Assembly: GCA_031385045.1 (NCBI GenBank)
Contig: JANNBC010000013.1
Coordinates: 1 to 64,000, forward strand
Direction: 5' to 3'
DNA length: 64,000 nt
Source: a bacterium
GTDB taxonomy: Bacteria > Bdellovibrionota_C > UBA2361 > CALJRW01
Positions 28,243 to 37,464 of this stretch are shown one piece after another; the stretch's first letter is position 1; each line of letters opens with the position of its first letter. The notes under the pieces were generated by a model. That model had not been told where the DNA came from, did not search any database, and saw only the letters and a list, made by a program, of their open reading frames with translations. A program made the position numbers and the translations under genes.

Positions 28243-29724
28243 TCAATCTCTCCTAGTATAATCCTGCAAATGCTGTTTTAATTCTTTTAAGATCTCTTGG
28301 CAGTTAGGTAAATAGCCGATTCCCGTCCTTCGAAACAAAAAATCATCTAGCGTTACAGCTTGTTCTAGTTCAAAAGCATTATAAATCTCCCCCCTGAGAC
28401 AATCTCCTCCAACTACAGATCTCATCTCTAAATTATTAAACAGGCTGATATCTCGTGGTAAATTAAATTGCCGACGTTTACTACCGGAAAAATCTTGTCT
28501 ACTTAAATCCGTGCTTTTCGAATCAAGCTTAAACAGACTTAGCTCTTTAAATTGAGCTTTGGAATATTTTCCTATTCTTTCTAGCGCTAGCTTAAATCCC
28601 TCCTTCGCCGTCCATTCACTGGTTGTATACTTGCCACCGTAAAGTGAAATAATTCCCTGATCTTGAGTCCAATGATGCTTTCGAGAAATCTGCGCTGTGC
28701 CTTTTGGGGAATTTTTCCTAACTGGCAATGCTCTAATTCCAGCAAAAGAATAGTGAAGCGTTGCTTCGTTTAAATTACTATCTGGTAAATCTTTTTTTAA
28801 TCTTTCTAAAATCTCAGTAATCTCATCAGCACTTGGCTTAGGATCCTCTACTAAGCAATCAACTTCACGCTCCGTTGTCCCTACTAAAGTTCCTGCGAAA
28901 TGAGGCCAGACAAAATAATATCTAGCTTTGCCAGCAAGTGGCAAAAACAATGCTGGGCCATTCCAAGGCTGATTAAAAAGCAGATGGGATCCCCTACTAA
29001 ACCTAAGCGTAACATCTTTATTAGCACCAAAGAAATCAACCTCATTTCCTGATGTATTAATTACCGCTTTAGCCTTAAATGCATAATTATTTTTAGTAAG
29101 GCTGTCTTGATAGGTAATTTCTAAAAAATTATTTTCTTTTTTGACCTTTTGGACTAGAGCGTAATTTAAGCAAGACGTATTTTTTCTTGCGGCCGTAATA
29201 TTATCTAGCACTAAGCGGTAGTCACACATCAGACCATCATAGTAACAAAAGCACCCCATTAACTTTTGAGACTTAAGCTCGGGGATTTTCTGGGTAAGCT
29301 CCTTCGCACTAATCCAGTGATGTCTCCGGCCATGATTGCGATTAAAAAAATCATAGACTTTTAAGCCAATACCTAATTTCAACTTAAAAAAATAATCATT
29401 CTTATAAACGGGGATATAAAAAGGATGTGGAATAACTTGTTGCGGATAATCTAAATAAAGTTTCTCTCTTGCCTTAACCCCTTCCAGCACCTGTTCGAAA
29501 TCAAATAGTTCTAAATAACGAAGTCCCCCATGGGCCATTTTAGAACTCCGACTGGAAGTTCCGGAAGCATAATCATTCTTCTCTAAAAGCACAGTTTTTA
29601 GTCCGTACTGACTAGCAAGACGGGCTGTCACTGCTCCATGAATTCCGCCACCAATAATTGCTAAATCAAAAATATCGGTAGAGTTAATTTGATTAATGAT
29701 TTCTGATCTTTTTATTGGTATCAT
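28243..29724 (-). CDS. glpD: FAD-dependent glycerol-3-phosphate dehydrogenase
   Basis: IIGGGIHG, ASGTSSRSSKMAHGGLRYLE and GGKYTT motifs. Divergent from glpK. Confidence 0.92.
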   Translation of the reverse strand: MIPIKRSEIINQINSTDIFDLAIIGGGIHGAVTARLASQYGLKTVLLEKNDYASGTSSRSSKMAHGGLRYLELFDFEQVLEGVKAREKLYLDYPQQVIPHPFYIPVYKNDYFFKLKLGIGLKVYDFFNRNHGRRHHWISAKELTQKIPELKSQKLMGCFCYYDGLMCDYRLVLDNITAARKNTSCLNYALVQKVKKENNFLEITYQDSLTKNNYAFKAKAVINTSGNEVDFFGANKDVTLRFSRGSHLLFNQPWNGPALFLPLAGKARYYFVWPHFAGTLVGTTEREVDCLVEDPKPSADEITEILERLKKDLPDSNLNEATLHYSFAGIRALPVRKNSPKGTAQISRKHHWTQDQGIISLYGGKYTTSEWTAKEGFKLALERIGKYSKAQFKELSLFKLDSKSTDLSRQDFSGSKRRQFNLPRDISLFNNLEMRSVVGGDCLRGEIYNAFELEQAVTLDDFLFRRTGIGYLPNCQEILKELKQHLQDYTRRD

Positions 29725-29785
29725 AAATAGTAATCCACTAAAAAGGATCTGCTTTAAATAATAAAATTTGAAATAGTTTTACTAT

Positions 29786-31267
29786 ATGACTTATATTCTC
29801 GCCTTAGATCAAGGTACTACGTCTTCTAGATCCTTACTATATGATTTGTCTGGAAAAATAATTGCCAGCTCCGCTTACGAATACCCGATTTACCACCCAG
29901 AACCTAACTGGGTCGAGCAAGATCCACTAGATATTTGGGAGTCTCAATTAAAATCTCTAAAAGATGTTCTCTCCAAAATCGATCCTAAAAAAGTTATTGC
30001 TCTAGGAATTACTAACCAAAGAGAAACAATTATTGCTTGGAACAAAACAACTGGTAAGCCATTAGCTCCGGCAATTGTCTGGCAATGTAAAAGGACAGCA
30101 GACTTTTGTGCTAAGCTAAAACTAACTAGCTGGTCTGAAAAAATAAAAACTAAAACGGGACTAACGATAGATCCCTACTTCTCCGCAAGCAAAATTAAAT
30201 GGCTAATAGAGAACAACCCAGCGGTTAACTCTGCTTACCAAAATAATGAATGTGTTTTTGGCACTGTAGACTCGTGGCTGATTTATCAATTAACCAAGGA
30301 TAGTGACCCGCAATTTGTAACTGACACTAGCAACGCTTCCAGGACAATGCTCTACAACATTAGCGAGCATCAGTGGGATGCAGAACTAATGACTAAATTC
30401 CAAATTAAACAAAGTTGTCTTTGCGAAGTTAAACCTTCAAATTCTAATTTTGGCAGAACAAATATTCTTGGTCTTAACACTCCAATTACAGGAGTCCTGG
30501 GAGATCAACAGAGCTCGCTATTAGGTCATCAAGCAATTAAGCTTAACGATTTAAAATGCACCTTTGGTACTGGAGCATTTCTTTTAAAAAACACAGGAGC
30601 TAAATTAGCCTATTCTAACAATGGACTAATCTCAACAATCGCTTGGCAAATTAAAAACCAACAGAAAATTGAAACGACTTATGCCCTAGAAGGTAGTATC
30701 TTCATTGCTGGATCTCTAATTAAATGGTTAAGAGATCAATTAAAAATTATTACTAGTTCAGATCAAGTAGAAGAGTTAGCAAATAAATCAAACAGCAGTA
30801 AGGGATTAATTATTATCCCAGCATTCTCTGGCTTAGGTGCGCCACTTTGGGATCCGAAAGCTTGCGGAGCGATGTTTGGCATTTCTGCTGATACCTCGGT
30901 AACTGAAATTGCCTACGCTTCTCTGGAAGCAGTCGCCCACCAAGTGGCTGACTTACTTGCTATTCCAGAATTACAAAACTCGCCAGAAATTAGAATTGAT
31001 GGCGGCATGATCAAAAACAAACTCTTTAATCAGATCCTAGCTGACTATACTGGCTCAAAAATACTAGCAATCGCTAGTGCCGAAGCCACAGCCTACGGAG
31101 CTTTCTTAATGGCAGGTTATGGAGCTGAGATTCTTGACCCTTTTAACGATCAACTGCCAGTGGAAACTGCGAGTGCTTTTACACCTAAGATCAACTTAGG
31201 TCGCTTGCAAGAATTACGAGAATATTGGAAACAAGGGCTAAGCCGGTCTCAACATTGGTATCGCTAA
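29786..31267 (+). CDS. glpK: Glycerol kinase
   Basis: LDQGTTSSR, GITNQRET, DPYFSASK, TD.SNASRT, GDQQ, K.TFGTG.F and F.GLGAP.W motifs. Confidence 0.95.
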   Translation: MTYILALDQGTTSSRSLLYDLSGKIIASSAYEYPIYHPEPNWVEQDPLDIWESQLKSLKDVLSKIDPKKVIALGITNQRETIIAWNKTTGKPLAPAIVWQCKRTADFCAKLKLTSWSEKIKTKTGLTIDPYFSASKIKWLIENNPAVNSAYQNNECVFGTVDSWLIYQLTKDSDPQFVTDTSNASRTMLYNISEHQWDAELMTKFQIKQSCLCEVKPSNSNFGRTNILGLNTPITGVLGDQQSSLLGHQAIKLNDLKCTFGTGAFLLKNTGAKLAYSNNGLISTIAWQIKNQQKIETTYALEGSIFIAGSLIKWLRDQLKIITSSDQVEELANKSNSSKGLIIIPAFSGLGAPLWDPKACGAMFGISADTSVTEIAYASLEAVAHQVADLLAIPELQNSPEIRIDGGMIKNKLFNQILADYTGSKILAIASAEATAYGAFLMAGYGAEILDPFNDQLPVETASAFTPKINLGRLQELREYWKQGLSRSQHWYR

Positions 31268-31361
31268 AGCAAGGAAATTAGGGCACTTTGCACCCGACAC
31301 ATCACAACCCAAGTAATTAACTCATAATATTTAATAAGAGGTTTTAATTTCTTAGGTTTTT

Positions 31362-31634
31362 ATGTCAGGCTTAGTTCAAAGCATTTCAATTAGTTTTTAT
31401 ACCTTCCTCTATAATCTACCAGAGATTGTATATTCCATTTTAGCCTTTGCCCTCTTACTTCAGATATTTATCTTTCTAAAACAGTTTGAGAATCAAATAT
31501 TAATTAATATCTCATTTCAAGATACGTCTCCCGAAAGCAAAGCAAAACAAATTTATAAGAGATCATTAATCCACTCAATTCGAGCGACACTAGCAGTACT
31601 TACGATACTTTATTTCTTTAAGCTATTTACTTAG
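31362..31634 (+). CDS. Small membrane hypothetical protein
   Basis: 90 aa with two hydrophobic segments, filling an intergenic gap. Confidence 0.45.
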   Translation: MSGLVQSISISFYTFLYNLPEIVYSILAFALLLQIFIFLKQFENQILINISFQDTSPESKAKQIYKRSLIHSIRATLAVLTILYFFKLFT

Positions 31635-32285
31635 CTTAGGATTTACAAATGATGTCTTGGTGGTAGCGCTCCAATCAGCGTCTGATTCCAGAGAGAGGAT
31701 AATTCGTTTAAAAATATCATCAGGATCACGATCCATCGAGGTAAATATTAAATCGCCTGGTTCTAAACCAAACTTACTAGAATTAAATTTAACAGAGGCG
31801 GCCTTTTCTTTTTGATTTACCTTATCGGCTTTTGTTAAAACAACCTGTACAGAACGATCCACATCATAAACAAAGTTTCGAAGCTCAACATCTGTCTCGT
31901 CAGCATTTCTTTTAATATCAGAAAGTAGAAAAATTAATTTTAGCTGCTCGCGCTTTTCAAAATAATTAACTACTAACTTGGCAATATTCTGGCGAAGTGA
32001 TTTAGATACCTTGGCATAACCATAACCAGGAAGATCTGTAATATAAATTTGGCGATCTTCAACTCCATTAGACAAGGTAACCAAATACAAGTTAATCTGT
32101 TGTGTCTTACCAGGGCGGGAACTAACACGTGCTAAGGCACGGCGCCCACAGATGCGATTTAAGAGAGTAGATTTTCCAGCGTTAGAGCGACCAATAATGG
32201 CAAACTCTGGCAATTGGTCAATTGGCAACTGTACAATATTAGCTGCTGAAATTAAAAATTCAGCACTCTTAACTTTCCAAGTCAT
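31623..32285 (-). CDS. engB: Ribosome biogenesis GTPase YihA/YsxC
   Basis: GRSNAGKS, SSRPGKTQ, DLPGYGYAKVS and TKADK. Confidence 0.95.
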   Translation of the reverse strand: MTWKVKSAEFLISAANIVQLPIDQLPEFAIIGRSNAGKSTLLNRICGRRALARVSSRPGKTQQINLYLVTLSNGVEDRQIYITDLPGYGYAKVSKSLRQNIAKLVVNYFEKREQLKLIFLLSDIKRNADETDVELRNFVYDVDRSVQVVLTKADKVNQKEKAASVKFNSSKFGLEPGDLIFTSMDRDPDDIFKRIILSLESDADWSATTKTSFVNPKLSK

Positions 32286-32418
32286 GCGCCTGCTCTTTAT
32301 TAATTTGTTTTTCGATATTATTAATTTTCTTTCTAAGAACTAGCACATAGCTAGCAATTAACAACCAAACTACACTGTACCCCCAAAACAGTGCTTGATA
32401 TGTATCAGGATTTTCCAT
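32269..32418 (-). CDS. ccmD: Heme exporter protein D-like (not in ORF track)
   Basis: 49-aa ORF MENPDTYQALFWGYSVVWLLIASYVLVLRKKINNIEKQINKEQAHDLES with one TM (conserved Y) and a charged tail. It starts right after the ccmC stop. Confidence 0.7.
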   Translation of the reverse strand: MENPDTYQALFWGYSVVWLLIASYVLVLRKKINNIEKQINKEQAHDLES

Positions 32419-32419
32419 T

Positions 32420-33091
32420 TTATTTTTTACTCCTAAATTCCAATCTAAGTCGCATTGAAATTAATAAAAACTGCCAAACTATGACAGCCAGAATAGTAAA
32501 GCACATAGTATAAAGCATCACTGGTGGTAGCCCTGCTTTTTCTACAACTTCAGGATGAAGTTGTTTAGATGCTGGTAATAACTTAATTGAATAAACCATA
32601 ATCGGCACAGTGATTGCACCAACAATCCCCAGTACCGCAGAATGATTAGCTCGTGACTCTGGATTATCAAAGGCTCGTAAGATATTAAATGCCAAAAAGA
32701 TTAACCAAAGAAAAAGAAAAGTGACTAACCTTGGCTCCATTTGAAACCAAGTACCCCAACTGGCCTTACCCCAAATCATTCCAGTTGCCAGAACTATTGA
32801 ACAAAAAAGAAACCCTACTTCACCGGCAGAAACATTTAAAGCATCAAAGAAACTATCTTTCTTAACTAAAAACAAAACACTAGAAATAAAAACTAAAGCA
32901 AATGCTAGGTAGCAAGAGATCGCACTGCCTACGTGAAAATAAAGAATCCTCTGCACTGCTCCCATCGTTCTTTCATTCGGAACCACCATAAAGATTAAAT
33001 AATTCGCAATCGTAATCATAACTAAGGCAAGAGCCCAGAGTACTGGCTCAGATTTATTAAGAAAATTTTCTACTTTTTGAATTTTAGTCAT
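32420..33091 (-). CDS. ccmC: Heme exporter protein C
   Basis: QRILYFHV and TG.IWGK.SWG.W...EPRL (WWD-like) motifs, plus LHP. Confidence 0.9.
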   Translation of the reverse strand: MTKIQKVENFLNKSEPVLWALALVMITIANYLIFMVVPNERTMGAVQRILYFHVGSAISCYLAFALVFISSVLFLVKKDSFFDALNVSAGEVGFLFCSIVLATGMIWGKASWGTWFQMEPRLVTFLFLWLIFLAFNILRAFDNPESRANHSAVLGIVGAITVPIMVYSIKLLPASKQLHPEVVEKAGLPPVMLYTMCFTILAVIVWQFLLISMRLRLEFRSKK

Positions 33092-33303
33092 GGGGATTAG
33101 CTTTTTGGCTTACAGGTATACCAAGGGTAGCTTATTTTGACTAGTGTTTCCCCAAAATAAGCGCCTCCTTCCGCCCTAAGACCAAATCATGGACGGTAAT
33201 TTTTGAGTTTCGTAATCATCTGATTTTATTATCAATAGCTACTAGCTGAAGCAAAATATCTTGTTCTGCCGATAGGATCTAATCAGCTCCAATCGCGCTA
33301 ACT

Positions 33304-35847
33304 ATGAGTAAACTTGGCCTAGACGTTAATCCTAGTAAACAAATAGAAACACCAAGCACAGAATCTACTTCCACTTCAGCAATTAGCTCCAGATTAAATC
33401 AAGCAAGTGTTGGTATTGAACGAGCTAGAAATGATTTTGCAGAAAGCCAGAATCCTTTTAGCCATTTAAAGAAAAGAAAAAGACTAGCGGAGTCTTCTCT
33501 TCGGGAAATAAGCGAAGTTACTGAATCAGTAGAAGCACTAATAGAACAAAAAGATCTTCCAGAAGTAACACCACCAACTACAAGTGCTTTAGATATTAGC
33601 CAATCTTCCTTAGTAAATGCCGATCGAGAATTAGCCAAAAACTTGGAAGGACGTAGTCATGCGGGGGAACTAGTAATTAATTCATCTGCCAAAAACAAAC
33701 CGGCGAGTGAGGGAGCTAGTATCTTTGAAGATCAAACTAGATTACTCCAAGCAGAACAGCGAAAAGAAAGACTAGATGCTCTTCAACAACAAGCATTAAT
33801 CTTAGAGTTAAGTAGAGATCAAGCAAGACTAATTGCTAAAGAACAATTTAAGGACAATCCAAATCGTGTCTTAACCAATGATGAATTTCAATCTTCATTA
33901 AAAAAAATACTCTCTGAAACAAATGCTAATCAACCACTGGCTAGCCAAATCCAAGAAGAGTTTGTTAAAACATACATCAAAGAAAGAGAAAAACTTTTTG
34001 AGGAGATGAACTGGGCCAAGCGCAAATATTACCAGGCTAAAGGTTGGTGCTCTGGAAAAATTGACCAGCTACAAAATTTTGGACATGAAGTTGCGGACAC
34101 CTGTGTCGCAGTTAGTAAGGGCATTTCTAAACTAGCAGTTGGTGCTTACGAATTAGCCTCAAACCTTGATTGGAAAAAAATCGGAGAAGGAAGTTTAAAA
34201 ATCTTAGCCACCTGCGGGAAAGCATTAATAGATCCTGATTTCTATTTAAGCGTAGCAGAATGGACCGGAAAAGCAGCTCTTTGGACACTTAAAACTGTCG
34301 GAAAAACTTTAATTCATATCGCAACAGATCCAATTGGCTGCATCAAAGGAGCTTGGGGTTTTATTTGTGAAATGTCTTCCTCCATGGGGCTAACTCAAAT
34401 GATTAATGGAGTTGTCTGTTTTGCCAAAGCTCCTTATCAGTATTTAATTGATTTAGTAAAACCTGGTGGTGGATTTGCAGTCGCCAATCATAATTTAAAA
34501 GAAAATTTAATTGCTGCTAAAGATGGAGTAGTTGGTGCCCTACAATGCGTCTGTCAAATTACTGGACTAGCGGATTGCTACTACACGATTAAGCATGCCG
34601 GCAAAGCCTTGATTCTTTATGGCCAAGGGAAAAATCTAGAAGCAGCCTTAGAGGGCGGACAAGCATTAATGCACTTAGCTTTTGCTATTGCTTCAGCCAG
34701 CAGTATCGTAGCAACAGTTTCAACGCTGGGCGCTGCCAGTGGAACTGTCGCTATGGTGGTAACAGGTCGCTTAAGTCTAAACGAAGGGATCGAGCAAATT
34801 GGGAAACAGGCACTAAAAGCATTTGGCAAAGAGCTTGCTGAAAACGCTTTAGGTAATGTACCTAAAAATGTTTTAGAATCTGTAACAGAACAAGCTTCTC
34901 GGGAAGCTGGAGAAACACTAGCCAAAGAAACTGTGGAAATGATCACTAAAGCTGGCTCAGAAGAAATAACCAAGGAGACTGCCCATCAGATTGTCGCCCA
35001 AGTTACTAAGCGAGCTGCCGTGCTGGGGGAAATTGCCGGGAAAGAAATTGTCGAAAAATCTGGATTATCCAAAGCCCTAACAGAAAGTGCTGAAATCCTT
35101 TTTCAGCAACTGCAACATGGAAATAGAGCCTTAACAAAACACTTAGTAGAAACCGGTTTCTCTAAGGTTGAAGCCAAAGCAATGACTCAAGCAGCGACCC
35201 AGTTGTTTAGAAATAGCGCTACTAAAAAAGAAATTATTGAAGTTCTAGCAGAAGAAGCCTCCAAGAGAATTGCGAAAGAAGTCGAAGCAAGGGCTACACA
35301 CTATTTTGTCGAGAGCTTTGAAACACACTTAGCTTCAGCACTATTAACAAATGCCGCTTTTAAACAGTCCTTGGAAGCAATTTCTAAAAAAGCTGGAATT
35401 ACCTCCGCTAAGTTCATGAGTCAATTAGTGGAAGGTGCTGCTAAAGGATTTAAGGAAGGTCTGGAAAAAGGACTTCGCGAGGCTGTAGAATTAGCTATTA
35501 AAAAAGCTTTGGCTAAAGTTCGCTTTCATCTAAAAGTATCTAAAAACTCCGGCAATAATCATAAGAATCGGACAACCTCATTAATTGAAATTGATGATAG
35601 TGATGTTGAATATTTCTTAGAAGATATCAAAACTGAAAAATTAGAAACTCAAGCTTTAAAGATATCAAAAACACTTAGTGAGCTTGATAAAAAGTTTGAG
35701 ATTGAAGTTAAAGATGGGGTAATGATTAGAGTCGAATACTATGTAATTGACACTAGTAAGATTTATACAGGGAAAAGAGATATTATCGGGAGTAGCGACC
35801 CAATCGCCAGAGAAAGAGTAAAAGCAGTAGAGAAAGAAATATACTAA
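33304..35847 (+). CDS. Hypothetical 847-aa helical protein with a central hydrophobic Ala/Gly-rich segment
   Basis: Long ORF opposite to and inside the ccm cluster. Ser/Thr-rich N-terminus, coiled-coil stretches and the hydrophobic LAFAIASASSIVATVSTLGAASGTVAMVV segment. Confidence 0.7.
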   Translation: MSKLGLDVNPSKQIETPSTESTSTSAISSRLNQASVGIERARNDFAESQNPFSHLKKRKRLAESSLREISEVTESVEALIEQKDLPEVTPPTTSALDISQSSLVNADRELAKNLEGRSHAGELVINSSAKNKPASEGASIFEDQTRLLQAEQRKERLDALQQQALILELSRDQARLIAKEQFKDNPNRVLTNDEFQSSLKKILSETNANQPLASQIQEEFVKTYIKEREKLFEEMNWAKRKYYQAKGWCSGKIDQLQNFGHEVADTCVAVSKGISKLAVGAYELASNLDWKKIGEGSLKILATCGKALIDPDFYLSVAEWTGKAALWTLKTVGKTLIHIATDPIGCIKGAWGFICEMSSSMGLTQMINGVVCFAKAPYQYLIDLVKPGGGFAVANHNLKENLIAAKDGVVGALQCVCQITGLADCYYTIKHAGKALILYGQGKNLEAALEGGQALMHLAFAIASASSIVATVSTLGAASGTVAMVVTGRLSLNEGIEQIGKQALKAFGKELAENALGNVPKNVLESVTEQASREAGETLAKETVEMITKAGSEEITKETAHQIVAQVTKRAAVLGEIAGKEIVEKSGLSKALTESAEILFQQLQHGNRALTKHLVETGFSKVEAKAMTQAATQLFRNSATKKEIIEVLAEEASKRIAKEVEARATHYFVESFETHLASALLTNAAFKQSLEAISKKAGITSAKFMSQLVEGAAKGFKEGLEKGLREAVELAIKKALAKVRFHLKVSKNSGNNHKNRTTSLIEIDDSDVEYFLEDIKTEKLETQALKISKTLSELDKKFEIEVKDGVMIRVEYYVIDTSKIYTGKRDIIGSSDPIARERVKAVEKEIY

Positions 35848-36053
35848 AACCCCTTAGGTTTTACCGAACTGCTAGGAAAAATGCTGATCGCATTTTTAGT
35901 TGATTGGGGTTTTAGTATATTTGTTTTCCCCAGCTAAAATGCTCATAAGATAAGCATTTTAGCCTGAGCGACCCCCTTGGGTCGCTACAAGCGCTTTGCG
36001 CTTGATATACTAGGCGAATTTTAGAACAGTAATTTCTAATGTCGCCTAGTATA
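35837..36053. repeat. Cluster of consecutive inverted repeats (REP/BIME-like or structured RNA)
   Basis: 17-bp IR 35837-35853/35906-35922 (nested 8-bp stem), 11-bp IR 35933-35963, 8-bp IR 35967-35986, 7-bp IR 35988-36004 and 12-bp IR 36006-36053. Confidence 0.75.
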
Positions 36054-36103
36054 GCTGATAATTTCCTAGTTAGTAGAAATATCGGAGTATAGTCAGTGAG
36101 CAC

Positions 36104-36787
36104 TTAGGAAGAATTCTTTAAGGAATATCCGTATAAATTAATCCCTAAGACTACATACAAAACATTTAAAAAACAGAGCAAGGTAAACCAACTATCTAGC
36201 CAACTAAACTCTTGATTCAAAATTAGATTAAAGGACAACTCCATTCCAGCAAAGAAAATCGGAAAGACCAGTGGTAAAAGGATTAATGGCAACAACAAAC
36301 TTTGATACTTAGAGTTACAGGTTAAGGCGGAAAGGAGAGTTGCTAAGGCAGAATATGAAATAGATACCAGCAAGCCAATTAGTATTAATGTTGGCAAGAA
36401 TTTTACAAGGCTAACACTTAGCAATACGCTTAAAATTACAAAACTAATTCCTAAACCAAGTGCCAACCCACAACAATTAACAATGACCTTAGAAAGATAA
36501 AGCAAACTCAAATCTGCCTTTCTAACAATGAAATGATTAATAGCACCCTGCTCTGATTCTGCAGCTAAACTCTTACTAATAAAAATACTACCAGTAATAA
36601 TAAAAACAATCGTTGTGAAAATTAAAACTAACTCTGGATAAATTTTCCGATCTAGCAAGTATGAGTTAATTCCAAAAGCAATTAAGACTGTCAGCATAAA
36701 ACTTAACAGCAAATGGAGAATTAAATCTTTAGGGTTGCTAGCCAAAAGACGCAAGTCTTTAGTGATTAAAAATTGGAGCTGCTTCAT
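36104..36787 (-). CDS. ccmB: Heme exporter protein B
   Basis: KDLR, E.E.G and LLPLILLPL.FP motifs, multi-TM, downstream of ccmA. Confidence 0.85.
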   Translation of the reverse strand: MKQLQFLITKDLRLLASNPKDLILHLLLSFMLTVLIAFGINSYLLDRKIYPELVLIFTTIVFIITGSIFISKSLAAESEQGAINHFIVRKADLSLLYLSKVIVNCCGLALGLGISFVILSVLLSVSLVKFLPTLILIGLLVSISYSALATLLSALTCNSKYQSLLLPLILLPLVFPIFFAGMELSFNLILNQEFSWLDSWFTLLCFLNVLYVVLGINLYGYSLKNSS

Positions 36788-37464
36788 GACTTCAGTAACT
36801 CCAAATAACGCTGATTGATAGCTGAAAGACTAAAACCAAGATCCGACTTATCGTAAATTAAATCTAAACCTGAAGAACCTAAATAGTAAATCCGATCTGC
36901 AAATTCAAAATAATCACTAAGCTCATGGGTGATTAATAAGACACTAGCTTGCTTTCGTTGCTTAAGTTGGAATAATTCTTTCATCAGTAAATCCTTACCT
37001 AAGTGATCTAGATTACTACTAGGCTCATCCAATAAAAAAAGATTAGCCGGCATTGCAAAATGAATCGCCAGCGATAACCTTTTTGCTTGGCCTTGTGAGA
37101 GCTTCTCAATTGTTAAGTCTGCTTGTACCAAGAGATCCCAGCGTCTTAGTAAATCATCCACTTCACTAGGAATAGAAAAAAACCCTCTGATAAATTCTAA
37201 GTTTTGACGGACGGTTAGATCAAGATAAAGCTGGGAATCATGACCTAAATATGAAGTTAGCAAATCCTTATCGGCAATAACTTTACCTGTAGAACAAGAT
37301 AACAACCCTGCAAGTATTTTTAGAAATGTAGATTTACCTACACCATTGGCTCCCAGAATTATTTGAAATTTGCCTTTGGACAGATCTAAATTAAGATTTG
37401 TTAAGATTTTTTTATTACCTATCTGGTAATCAAGCCCCCTAATTTCCAGTAGATGATTATTCAT
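36784..37464 (-). CDS. ccmA: Heme ABC exporter ATP-binding protein
   Basis: GANGVGKS, YLGH, LSQGQAKRL and LLDEP in the ccm context. Confidence 0.85.
   Translation of the reverse strand: MNNHLLEIRGLDYQIGNKKILTNLNLDLSKGKFQIILGANGVGKSTFLKILAGLLSCSTGKVIADKDLLTSYLGHDSQLYLDLTVRQNLEFIRGFFSIPSEVDDLLRRWDLLVQADLTIEKLSQGQAKRLSLAIHFAMPANLFLLDEPSSNLDHLGKDLLMKELFQLKQRKQASVLLITHELSDYFEFADRIYYLGSSGLDLIYDKSDLGFSLSAINQRYLELLKS

Noticed and set aside
35912..36103. 63-aa minus-strand ORF after ccmB (possible ccmD)
   Set aside because: No TM segment and it runs through the hairpin cluster. A better ccmD candidate follows ccmC.
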